Source: Hydrolagus colliei (lineage: Eukaryota). From it: a DNA stretch of 64,000 nucleotides. This document shows positions 37,391 through 49,200 of this stretch, in pieces. Every line of letters starts with the position of its first letter. The stretch's first letter is position 1. The stretch covers positions 63,426,001 to 63,490,000 of the forward strand of contig CM068742.1 in NCBI GenBank assembly GCA_035084275.1. The letters run 5' to 3'. The translations under genes were made by a program, and so were the position numbers. The notes below the pieces were generated by a model. The model searched no databases. It had not been told where the DNA came from and was given only the letters and a program-made list of their open reading frames with translations.

Positions 37391-37557
37391 TGCTCAGTTT
37401 AATGTCTCATCTAAATGATGGCACTTCTGATCATTTCCTCTATTGCACCAGCATTGCACTGGAGTGTCAGCCTGCAATGAAAGTGCCAATGAGGGCCTTG
37501 TACCCACAATAATGTGACTCAGAGATAAGCGTGTTAGCGAGTGAGCCAAGCTGTCAC
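37390..37557 (-). mobile_element. DeuSINE-like head fragment
   Basis: ctcagtttaatgtctcatctaaatgatggcac...gcactggagtgtcagcct...gactcagag...gagccaagctgtcac. Confidence 0.65.
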
Positions 37558-38509
37558 ATATATAGTTATATATAGCTGTATGAACTCTATTCTTTACACT
37601 AGTAGAGAATTACAGAGGACATACCTGCTTTGACCTTTGTCAAAGACTGCTCATACATATGTTTTGATGTGTGAAGATCAGTTAGGTGATTTACGCTGAA
37701 TGTACAGTTTGGACATTTCAGACAAGCTGGAAAATATGATTTATTTGAAATGTCTAATAAAGGAATGAAAAGGTGGCTTATACAGCAATTAGCCTATTTC
37801 TGTTTCTTTTGGACTAACAATGACATATTTCCAGAAATGTATTATTGTCCTTAAATACCATGAAAGATTTTGGCTCAGAAAGAAAGGGAATGGCCAAAAT
37901 CTTTGAATTGCCATCCAGTGAGCATTGAAAGTTTCAACTCTGACATTTTATTTCTCATTTGATACTGTAAAAGGGAATCATTCTGAAGAACAACAAATTC
38001 AAAGACCATACGCGCCAAGTTCCACCATTAAACTGGAATCAGGTGTTTGTGATGTTTTGTCATCTCAAAAACATATTTTGTCCATTTGATTAATCATCTA
38101 ATCATCCAATAATGTAAGTGGACAGTTGTCCAGTGCTGTATTTGAAATATTTTTTAAATGGATCATTCATCCAGGCAAGACAAGAAGGAAGGTTATTAAT
38201 ACTGTATGTTATTAATTGTAGCAAAACAGCAGAAAGCTTGTGGGAAGATGAACTTTTTCTCACCTCCCATCCCAGACGAGACAAAAAACTAACTTTGGTG
38301 ATAAATAAAATCCAGCTGCACATGGAGAAAAGGAATTTCAAACGACTTGAATCCTACAACGATTCAAGACTGGTGACCTACTCTGAATGTTTTCTAAGTT
38401 AACAGGGCAGAATAACCCATAAGCAGAATCCAAATTTGTAGGTGAACAACCATCTTGGATCACAGTCGATAAAAAACATATTTTAAAATATATCCTGTGA
38501 AACATTTTA

Positions 38510-38680
38510 AATGGAAAACTCAGCAGGTCAGGCAGCATCCATGGAGAAACGAAAGTGAGTCAACGTTTCAGGTCCACGACCCTTTGTCAGAACTGGGGCA
38601 TGTTGGGAGGGAGAGGTTTTTAAGGACAAGTTAGAGAGCGGGAGGCAGGACAAGGAAGACAGACTTTTGTTTTTGTTTCA
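38510..38680. mobile_element. Penelope-like element terminal fragment with decayed hammerhead core
   Basis: actcagcaggtcaggcagcatc..tggaga...aacgtttcaggtccacgaccctttgtcagaactgg; homologous to 55921-56020. Confidence 0.65.
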
Positions 38681-39330
38681 CACTTCTTTAATGATGTCTA
38701 TCAGGTAGAATGCACTGCTGTTCTGTCTGATGACACAGGTCGACAAAAACATTCTCTGGCCAGAATACAAAACTCTACCCCTTATACTGCATGGCCAAAT
38801 GTAATTGTGTTCCTTCATGTAGACCTAGGTTTCTGAGCATTTATAACTCGATCCATGAAACCAGCCAGGAATGTACACTTTTGAAGGTGCGAGTGGTTGC
38901 CAATAAATCACCTTTAGTGTGGTGTTTTAGTCATACTTCAAATTCTGGAAAGCCAGAACATTCTAATCTCAACAATTCTGCAACATGGTGGGTCGGTCGC
39001 TCTCTCGAACATTAAAACATTATCTCACAGCTCTGCTTGTCAGGGAGTGTATTTTAACACTCAAGAAGCTGTCGTTGGCAGGTACGATTCCCTATTGTCA
39101 TGATGACTATCTGATTTCACCAAACAAACATTGGCAGCAGGTGTTTCTTGTCACTGGGTGGTGTAATTTTCAACAGCCCAGAACTTTGCAGATTATCTTT
39201 TGAATGGTGAGAGTTGTACTTTAGGTGACCCCGCCCTCACCAGTGTTTAATATGATTTACTGCACTTTTTAATGTCCTGAAAGGAGAGTAACAGAGTGCT
39301 GCATATGTTACAAAACAAGGAGCGCTGAAG

Positions 39331-39675
39331 CAGGGCCAGTGCAAGGGTATTTGGCGCCCTGAGCGAGCCTTCAGACGTGCGTCCCCTAGTAACTTTTGAT
39401 AAGCTAATGTTAGTACTAAAAATTCATATACAGTAATTAATTTTCAATGAAAGTAATGGTAATAGTTATACATTTATTTATTTATTAAAAATACTTCTGT
39501 TTTATTTAAGCATTAAGCATCCTCCGGTCAACTTACACGCCTCCGCCAGCAGATGACAGCAGTAATTTTCACCCGGCGCAGCAAACTGTACGTGCTCTGT
39601 AACCAGGGCTGGCACCCCCCAAATTTTGGCACCCTAGGCGACCACCTGGTTTGCCTAAAGATAGCGTCAACCCTG
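39331..39675. mobile_element. hAT-like non-autonomous element
   Basis: Termini CAGGG...CCCTG; flanks cgctgaag / cgctggaa (6/8, a degenerate 8-bp TSD); repeated ggc(g/a)ccct subterminal motifs. Confidence 0.65.
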
Positions 39676-40149
39676 CGCTGGAAACATTGTGCTACCAGCA
39701 AGGCCTGAAGCCTGTCATGAGCCCAGCCAAACCTGCCTGCGTATCCAGAACCACACATCCCTCATTCTTCCTCTTTAAAAGTTTGTTCCATTTCTGATGA
39801 CAAAGTTTCTTTTTTTAATTTTGCCTTAGCATTTGTATCCAATATGACTACTCAGTAATTGTAGACATTAAAAGTCACATAACTGAGCGTGGCCCCATGA
39901 GAAAGGAAGAAAAACAGCAGAAATAAAATCTTATAGGTTTCATATACGTTTTGATCGTTTATTTTATTATAATTTGCTGCAGTTTTAATTGTATTTGTTT
40001 TTTACCTGTTCAATGCCAGTGAAGGATTAAGATGATAATTGCAGCCTAGGATGTGTTACTTTACTGAATTTACTGAGCATTTATAACTTGTTTGTGTGCC
40101 CCCCCAAATTTAACCTCCCAGTAACATATCATCTAAAGTATAGCAACAC

Positions 40150-40590
40150 TTCCTCAGTGTCAGCCTACATTGTGACCTCAAGTCCTGGTCAGGAGCTCTA
40201 ACCATAAACATGATGTCATTGGATCTTTAACATCCACTTGAACAGACAGATGGGATTTGGATATAATATCTCAAAAAGACACAACCTCCAACAATAATAA
40301 TCGTAGCATTTGATATTTTTCATAGTTCTCTTCATGTCAGAAGGATGTCCCCAATTGCTTCACTTGATTAACTGTGAAGTGGAGGCAACATGAATTTGTA
40401 GGCAAACACAGCAGCCCAATTGCACACAGCTATGTCCCACAAACGAGTGACCAATTATATTTTGTTGGCTAGAATGTCAAAGGAATGTTAAGCAATCTTT
40501 AACATTCACCTGAACAGGCACATGAGTGCCAGTCTGGAATTTGAGTTGAAAACCCTGATATGAGACTTGAACTCATAACCTTCTAACTAT
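40150..40590 (-). mobile_element. Cluster of DeuSINE-like fragments
   Basis: ggatctttaacatccacttgaacagacagatggg; atctttaacattcacctgaacaggca; gacttgaactcataaccttct. Confidence 0.55.
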
Positions 40591-42438
40591 TATGAAGTGA
40601 GAAGTGAAATAGCTTTGGATGAAATTTCGTTTTGAAAACAAAATAAATGAATAAGCAGCATGGTGGAACAGACAGCGGTGAGAAGAGTGGTAGTTTGGCT
40701 TCTTTCACATAATTACTGGAAGAGTTATTGTAGGAAAGCAGTGAAGCCTGGAAGAACATTCTGTCAAGAAATGTAATGTTCTTGACACAGCAGTCCTTCG
40801 TGAAGGAATAAAATACTGTAATAAACTATAAATTAAATAACCCTCCAGTGAAACGTTGCAAAATAAAAAACAATATACAATGAATATACTTCAATAGATT
40901 TTTTTCTTTTAAAATTCAATACAAAATTATTCCTTTGTTTTGTTATTTGTAAATTGAGAATGGATGAAGCATATATGATGAAAAGATGGGAGATTTCAGT
41001 AAACAAGTAGTGTATCGAATAGCAATTCTAATCAGGTTAATTTTAACTACTATAATCCAATGATATTGTATTACAATGTAGCAGAAATCAGGAGCCTTTT
41101 TCGGTGTTTGATCTGTGGTGCAGGCTTCTCTTGCATGTTTACTAAATGTGATTCCTTACCATATTTTGTTGTGTCAGCCTGGCTCATAGGTAATGATCCC
41201 TGAGTTAAGAGGTTGTGCATTAAGCTTCTTCCGGTATACTGGTCAACAATCATTCAAATAACATGAATTATTCACTTCATAGTTTGCGTGCGACATTTCT
41301 CTGTGGAAATTGCTTACCGATTACATAGTCACTGCACTTCACAGTAAATCTGAAACATACGTTCCATGACGAGATTAAGCTCTCAATTCCTTTATTCAGT
41401 ATATTTCACACAAATGTGTCCCTGTGAGCTTCTAAATTATTTAATAGTAGTTTATTTTTATTTTTACATCTTTAACTACATATATAATATTAAACTAGCA
41501 GTAGTTATTATCAGACTGTAGATACATATTTGTGGAATTTACTGAATGAAGGATAGTGTCTGGGTTACACAAAGTTTTGTTTCACTTGGTTGCACGAAGT
41601 AGAATAGCATTTAGTTAGTATGCACACCTTTTGTCCTTCATAGTGCTAAGCCTGGTTTTGTGCATTGACAAAAACTAAATTTTTAAAGTGTCTATAACCT
41701 TAAAATATCCCAAAGTGTTTTAGAATATATATTTCTAACACCTTCAATGTCCATATTAAAACTTTCATTTTCAATCATGCTTTTAGTCACCTTTCACCCT
41801 CCCATCACCCTCCACGCTTCTTTACCCCTAGCCCCCATTGCAGTTCAGGGTACCAGTTAGCTGTGAGAAGGACTTTGAGATGTCCACCCAATGTCACAAG
41901 GCACTAAAGAAAACGACTGTTGTTTATGTGATTTTATTTTCAATGTGGTAATTATTGTTTTTAAGCAAATCAGATAGACCTATTGTACCCAGAAAAGAAG
42001 TATAGAAACAATGGTTGAAACGAAAACATCAGCATACTTAAGAGGAATCTTGTTGCATGAGGGAGAAGGGAATAAACAGGTATAAGGGAGAGAAATAGGA
42101 GTGGAGACTCATATGGAGTATAAACACTGGCATACACAAGGCGGACTGAATAAGTATCATTCTATTAAAAATCCCCCAAAGAGCCATTAGATGAATAACC
42201 AATCAATCCAGGAGATGATTCGCCTGCTTACAAGGAAAAACTATCCTCCTCATAAGATCTTTATGAGATCTTTGCTCCACCAAAAAACAGGAGCTTGATT
42301 TATCATCCCATTTGAAGGACAGCATCTCTGATAATACAGCACTTCCCTGGGCTAAGCTTAGAATCCAATTGCTGACATTGGGTTTGAATCTATGAGCTTC
42401 TGACTTGGAGGCAAGAAAGCTAGCAGGAGAGCCAAGTT

Positions 42439-42530
42439 GACATTGCGATCCCTGATATTGATGTTGAGATCTCTGACATTGCCAGTGAGATCTCGGATAT
42501 TAACATTAAATTCTCTGACATTGACATTTC
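42439..42530 (+). repeat. 21-bp-period minisatellite (~4.4 copies)
   Basis: gacattgcgatccctgatatt / gatgttgagatctctgacatt / gccagtgagatctcggatatt / aacattaaattctctgacatt / gacatttc. Confidence 0.8.
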
Positions 42531-42915
42531 AACAGCTGCAACTATTAATTCTTGAATTTGGCAGGAGTATTCCTGTGCCTTGGCTGACCTTTTTACCTTT
42601 GGAATAAACACTACAAGATATTTTGGGTGAACAAATATGTGTGCTACATATCATATGCTCTTATAATCCTCATGCATTTTCACTTCTCTGAGGACAATGT
42701 ATTTATTCCCTTCTGACTCCAGCTTTTTTGGTTTCCCTTCATCACTGAATAATGTGCCATTGAACTTCCATTATAGGTATTGTCACCAGCCACTAATATC
42801 ATCATTAATTCTAATAGGACAGATCAACCATATCAAGTTTCCAAAACTCACCTCATGCTAATACTTTGCTATCAACGCTAAAAACGTCTTATCTAATCGC
42901 TTCACTATTGTCATT

Positions 42916-43230
42916 GAAGACCTATAGCTCAGTGGTTAGAGTACTTGCTCCACAAGCAAGAGACTTGGGTTTGATTCCCAGCAGCGCAAAACCTTTGGCA
43001 AGTTTCCTTATTTCCTTACTCCACATGCCTCATAATAATCCCTCAAGAAAAAAAATTGGTTGCTTCCATCTACAACTGTTTGTGGGACACTGCTGTGCGC
43101 AATATGCTACCACGTTTTGTTTTGCCCATAAATATACAGTAAATTCACCTTACAGTATAGTATGTAAAGCATTTTAAGGCATTTCAAAGATTTAATAATG
43201 CACTAGATCAAATACAAGGATTATTATTAT
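42916..43230 (+). mobile_element. tRNA-derived SINE
   Basis: tatagctcagtggttagag, ggtttgattcc, shared body, aaggattattattat tail. Confidence 0.88.
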
Positions 43231-43434
43231 TCTATTGCAACCTCTAGGGGGAAGGTTTAAATTTTATGAATTGCATTTAGAAGAACTGTTTCCTTTGGTA
43301 TAAAAGTAAAATGAACAAGCTACTGTAGTATAAATTGACATGTGCAATGTTTTCATTTTAAAAGATCAACAAAGACCTCAGCAGACCTCATGTTAGAGGT
43401 TGTCTGGAGGATGTCTAAAAGACTTGGAACAATA

Positions 43435-44270
43435 ACAAAAAATACAACAATATTACATTTGTATAGTGACTTTCACGTCGGGAAGAGATCCCAAGGTGCT
43501 GGACAGTCAATGTTTCAGATCCGAGTTGGGGTCGGGATCGGGGAGGGTGAAGGGAAAGGAGGGGATTTGGGGTAACCGATGGGACTGTCGAAGAGGTGGA
43601 TCTTGAAGTGGGACTTGAAGGAGGCTGGGGAGGGGGTGAGATGGAGGGACTGTGGGATGGAATTCCAGAAGTTAGGGGCAGAGTGGCTGAAGCCTCACCC
43701 GCCGATGATGTGGGTGGAGGGGTGGGGGGGGAGGGGTCAGGTCGGGGGACTTTCAGCAGGCCAGAACCTGCTGAGCAGAGGGGATGGGCAGGTTGGTAGG
43801 GGGTTAGGAGGTCGCAAATGTAGGGTAGGGTGAGATCTTGGAGGGCATTCTAGGTGAGGACTAGGATCTTGAATTGAATCCTTTGGTTGATGGGGAGCCA
43901 ATGGAGTTGGGTGAGAATGGGGGGCTGGGGTCACGTAGCTTGGAGCGGAAGAGGACATGGGCCGCAGAGTTCTGGATTATCTGCAGCCTACGGAGGGAGA
44001 AATTGGGAAGGGTGACAAACAGAGGGTTGGCGTAGTCAAGCCTGGATATGATGAAGGCATGAATGAGAATTTCAGCGGCCTGAGGGGTGAGCTAGTGGTA
44101 GAGTTGGGTAATTTTGCAGAGGTGAGGGAAGTCAGAGTGGATGTGGGGTAGGAAAGACAGTTGAGGATCGAACAAGACACTTAGGTTCCTGACTGGCTTG
44201 GTAAGGTGGAATGTGCAACCATGGAGGTAATGCTGCCAGTGCCCGATATAGCATATAAAGCGCTAGACCC
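43435..44270 (-). mobile_element. L2 3' portion
   Basis: Tail tttcacgtcgggaagagatcccaaggtgctggacagtc; body homologous to the other L2 copies. Confidence 0.9.
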
Positions 44271-44279
44271 AATACAAGG

Positions 44280-44333
44280 ATTATTATTATTGTTGTTGTT
44301 GTTGTTGTTGTTATTAATAATAATAATAATAAT
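44280..44333. repeat. Compound (ATT)n(GTT)n(AAT)n microsatellite
   Basis: Direct reading of the sequence. Confidence 0.9.
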
Positions 44334-45234
44334 TCCCTGAAAAACCATGAAGCTTCTTTGAGATGTGCTCAACCAAATATACAAAGCATTTCTGCCCACA
44401 TTCTGTGATTGACATTATATTCCTATAGAACAGAAGCAAAGTTTGTTTCCATATATTTATAACAGCGAAAAATCATTCAGTTTTACTGGATTCTAAATAT
44501 CAAGAATTTGCTTATTGCATCTGAGCAGCCAATAATATGGAAAAGCTAAGGCCAAGACAATGATTGCAAAATAAAAGTTTAAAAGAGAAAAGAAAAGAGC
44601 GAGAGCTTCTTATCTATGTCCTATATTCAACAGTACTAAGTGCTAGAGCTCCGAGCTAAATTCCTGAAATGCATGATGAAAAATATGCCATCAACAGTAG
44701 TTTTAGGATATCATCTGGCATCAGATGTAGTCCTGGGCAGAACAAGATGCAAAGATGAAGTAGATGCTATCAGTATCAGTATGTGTGTCTCGTAGCAGAG
44801 AGATTCCATTAATGGAGATAGTAAATTTGCCTTCATGATCTTTTGTTGGATAAATGTGAAGCTGGAGCATTAGATGAAAGTGTAATGATAATGCCTTCGC
44901 TCAAAGTTTAGAAATTTTGTAAGTGTTTGCACCTCTGCATTCACTATTGACCTGAATAGTTATACTTTTCAGTAGCTATTTGTCATTGAAATCATGATCT
45001 TACATTGACATTTACATGTATGTGGTATCTATGGATAAACAAAAATATGCACTAATCAATCATTTGTTTAAACTATTGTACAGTCTATATAATAAATCAT
45101 GTATAAATGTCAGGAGAACACTTTAACTTTTGAAAATATTGGTTTTCAAAGACAATATTGAATTCCAGATTAAAATCTGTCTATACAGCTGCACATCACA
45201 GTCAATAGTGTAGTCACAGTCATCACAGTCAATA

Positions 45235-45788
45235 CAGGCATCCCACCCAACCGCGGCTCGCCAACCACGAAACTCAGTTGCTATATTACAATCAACCAAC
45301 GACAATGCTTCTCTCTTAGGATTAAGGTAAATACAGTAACAACAATTTATTGTCGCTTCTCCTCAGCCTAGCTAGTAAGTTTGGGAGCATTGACTGCCAG
45401 CATCTGCAGATCTCACTCTCTGTATGTAAGTGTATCTCTCTCTGACTCACCTTCTCTTCCTCCCACCCACCCCACTTCTCTCTCACCTTCGCTCTATTTC
45501 ACCTTCTCTTCCCCCCACCCTCACCACCCTCTGTGTCTCTCTGTCTCTGTGCAGAGAGTCAGTCAGTCAGGCAGCCTCGCGGATTGCTGCAGATGCACCC
45601 AAACTTACTCCCCCTATCTCCATGTATGTTATAACTGTATGTGTTTTTTTTGTACTTAGTTTTACTAAATGCGAACTTACTCCCCCTATCCTCATGTTTC
45701 GCATAGGGCTCTGCATTTCCCAACCGCGATTTTTCCAACCGCAAAGGTTTACAGGAACATATCCCCCGCCATAGGGGAGGGATACCTG
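45235..45788. mobile_element. Tigger/pogo-like MITE with TA TSD
   Basis: TA|caggcatcccaccc ... gggagggatacctg|TA (reverse complement caggtatccctccc); repeated caaccgc subterminal motifs; internal direct repeat aacttactccccctatc. Confidence 0.75.
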
Positions 45789-46551
45789 TACTGAATTAAA
45801 TGCTTTCAATTTTACAATAAAATCCACACTTTTATACATTGGGAGATTGTCTCAGAGAATATTTAGATAATGTCTTGGAATCTGGAGCTGAGGGTGGGAA
45901 CTGATGGAGGGGAGGGAAAAGTGACTGAACGCATAATCAAAGAGGTAAGTTTTCACATGTATTGGAAACAGATATCCACAATTAAAGAACAATAACAACA
46001 ACAAAGTTACATTTATAGAGCGCCTTTCACATTGGGAGGACGTCCCAAGGCCCTGGAAGAATATGATACTATATTATTTTTAATATGGCAGCATTTTGGA
46101 TGATTTACATAGCAAAAGAAATATGGCAGCTGCTGCGATCACACAAAGAATATCAACAAATCATTCTGGAAAGATAAATGACCTACATGAGTAAATTCAT
46201 CATTAAGCAACATTTTGTAAAATACTTTGGGTCTGGAGGAAAATGAGTCTGTGCACTCTTCCATGAATTTATCTCTGTACTCATAAAGAATGCTAATGCA
46301 ATTTTTAATGCTTAAAAGGTCATTAATTTACCATATTGCAATTTTTTGCAAAAGTTCTGAAGCTCAAATGTTAACCATGTTGTGAATTGATTCATAGTTT
46401 GCAACCAGAGAACCCTGTGACTAAATTCCACATCACTAAATGTCATGCGATTTTATACTGCCCATTTCATAATGTTTAAAAGTTTTATTCTTTTTCCAAT
46501 ATTTTACAGTCTTTACATTGTATATCAATAATGATAATGCTTCTATTTATA

Positions 46552-47628
46552 GGCGTCCCTCAAGGCTCTGTCCTTGGTCCCCTTCTTTTCACCCTTTACA
46601 CGCTCCCTCTGGGCGACGTCATCCGCAAACATGGGGTAAATTTCCACATGTATGCGGATGACACCCAGTTGTACCTTTCTGCCTCATCCCTCAACCCACA
46701 GACGATCGATGTTCTGACAGCATGTCTGTCCGACATCGAATCGTGGACGAGGGACAACTTTTTGCAATTGAACGTGAGTAAGACCGAGGCCCTCCTGATT
46801 GGCTCAAGCCAGCGCCTCCGCACATCGGGAGCTGCCAGCCTCAACATCCAAGGCTGCACTGTCCACCTCACAAAGCCAATCAGGAACCTCGGCATCATGT
46901 TCGATCAAAAACTTTCCTTCCTCCCCCACATCCGCGCCTTGACCGGCACCGCCTATTTCCATCTGCGCAACATTGCCAGGCTCCGCAATTATCTTACCCC
47001 CCGCGCTGCCGAAACACTCGTGCATGCTTACATCGCCTCACGGCTGGACTACGGAAACTCTCTCCTAGTCGGCCTCCCCAGTTCCTCCATTCATAGGCTG
47101 CAGGCCATCCAAAACTCTGCAGCCCGTGTACTATCCCGCACCCGCCTCCGCGACCACATAACCCCCACCCTCGCCCCCCCATCCTCCAGATGATCGAATT
47201 TAAGATCCTCGTCCTCACCTACAAGGCCTTACACGGCCTTGCCCCATCCTACCTAGCCGATCTACTCTCCCCCTACACGCCCACCCGGGCCCTCCGTTCA
47301 ACAGGACTTGGCCTGCTCCAAGCCCCCCGCCCGAACCGCCCCACCATCGGAGGCCGGGCCTTCAGTTTCTCCGCTCCCAGCTTATGGAATGCCATCCCTC
47401 AATCCCTCCGTTTCACCTCTTCCCTTTCCTCTTTCAAGGCCGATTTGAAGACTTTCCTCTTTGATCGTGCCTTTTGTTTCACCCCGAACTCTTTTACCTC
47501 CCCTTCATGTTTCACCCCTTCCCAAACACTCCCCTCCCAGCTCGGGTCACACGCCTCTTGTTTAGCGCCTTGGGACATCCTCCCGACGTGAAAGGCGCTA
47601 TATAAATGTAAATTGTTGTTGTTGTTGT
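46552..47628 (+). mobile_element. Young L2 LINE, 5'-truncated (RT C-terminal half nearly intact)
   Basis: [57 protein letters not shown]; CpG-rich; (TTG)n tail; ttctattt on both flanks (probable TSD). Confidence 0.95.
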
Positions 47629-47854
47629 TCTATTTGATATAGCAGCTTATCACATTGTCAAGATGTCTCAAACTGCTTCACACGTTTTTGCTGGGTAATT
47701 GCAGATGAATGTGACAGTCAATCTGCACACAGCACTACTTCCAAAAGCCACAGTGAGTGACCAATTTTGGAATCGAAATTGTTTTTGGCATAGTTATTAT
47801 AATTATCATTAATGGCATTTGCAGGAACATATATTGACACAATATTGGTGTTTA

Positions 47855-48087
47855 TCTATCCATACTAATAAAATTACAATGTCTGTCTGTGCCAGACAAG
47901 AAGGATCACAATAACCACACAGCCAAAAATGTGAATTTTTGTTTTCGGACATCCCTATCGGTTCATGAGTTCTGGACTAAAATGTATTTCAGTTTTGCGT
48001 TTTTCTGCTGCAGTTTTCTGTGCGCATGTGCACTTGTTAAACTTACCGAACGCAATTTTACCGAGTGTGATGGAATGCTTTATTAGT
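47855..48087 (+). mobile_element. Possible non-autonomous Helitron-like element
   Basis: A|TCtatccatactaataaaa start; ends ttag|t (CTAG expected); a 96-bp internal segment is duplicated at 48459-48554. Confidence 0.4.
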
Positions 48088-48169
48088 AAGTATCTGTACA
48101 ATATTCTGTTATTATTTAGTTTATTATTAATAAGGTATCTTTTAAAATAATTTTTTTTTTTGTGTATGA

Positions 48170-48262
48170 TTTTTGGCAACTTGCTGCTTGAATATCCGGC
48201 ATATTTGATAAACCGGCACTGGTCAGGTCGCAAAGATGCCGGATAACAAAGCTTTTACTGTA
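48170..48262. mobile_element. Tigger-like MITE right end (related to 350-700)
   Basis: atccggca...aaaccggca...gatgccggataacaaagcttttactgTA. Confidence 0.6.
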
Positions 48263-48885
48263 TTAGGGATGTTATACATTTCAGGATCAAGGTTGTTAAT
48301 TGGTTATGGTCACAGGAAATGCCATTGTCATTTTTGTCTTCTCGTTAATTTTCCCTTCTCTGCCAAATGCATTTGACAGTTTTTTCCCCTTCTGTTGGGT
48401 GCTCTCCTGTACCCCACACAAGTTTCTATTCCATCAATATGAGCCCAGGCAGCCACGTCAAGAAGGATCTCAATAACCACACAGCCAAAAATGTGAATAT
48501 TTGTTTTTGGGTATTTCCTATCATTCATGATTTATGGCATAAAATGTATTTCAGACTATCACAGCCAAAACTAATTCTGTGCTCAATTGAGCCCCATTTA
48601 CATAGCTCCTGTTTGTGTACTTGTATAGTGATCAGGAAAGAGAAAGTGGTGGTTAACTTTTCTTTTGTCAATTTGCACATTAAGGCCAATTGTAACATTC
48701 TTTTTGATATCTTAATAGATAGAGCACAAGTCCACCATTCCTCTTAGGTTAATCTGCACGCCCAGCCCCACCCCGCTTGATATTTTTCCATTACTAGGTA
48801 AAGTCATGCTGATGCCCACTCTCTCAGACATACATGTGTTTCTCAGGACTAATTGTTTTATTTGTTTTTTTAATACAGATGCGAA

Positions 48886-49200
48886 ATAATAATTCTAATA
48901 ATAATAACCCTTGGATATGATGTAGTGCTTTTCACGTCTTCTAGGTATCTCAAAGTGCTTAACAAAATAGACTATAAAATGAATTGACTATATTTGTGGG
49001 CGAAATGCAGCAGCCTAATGCACACAGCAGTGTCCCACAACCAGTCATGGATTGAAATGATCAATTAATGTTTTTTTGAGGAATTATTATCACATGTATG
49101 AAGTAAGGAAACTTGCCTAAGGTTTTGCACTGGCTGGTATCGAACCCAGGTCTCTCGCTAGTAAGGTGAGTGCTCTAACCACTGAGCTATAGGACTCCAC
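48886..49200 (-). mobile_element. tRNA-derived SINE
   Basis: Ends gagtgctctaaccactgagctataggactccac; B box cgaacc reversed; (AAT)n tail. Confidence 0.9.
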
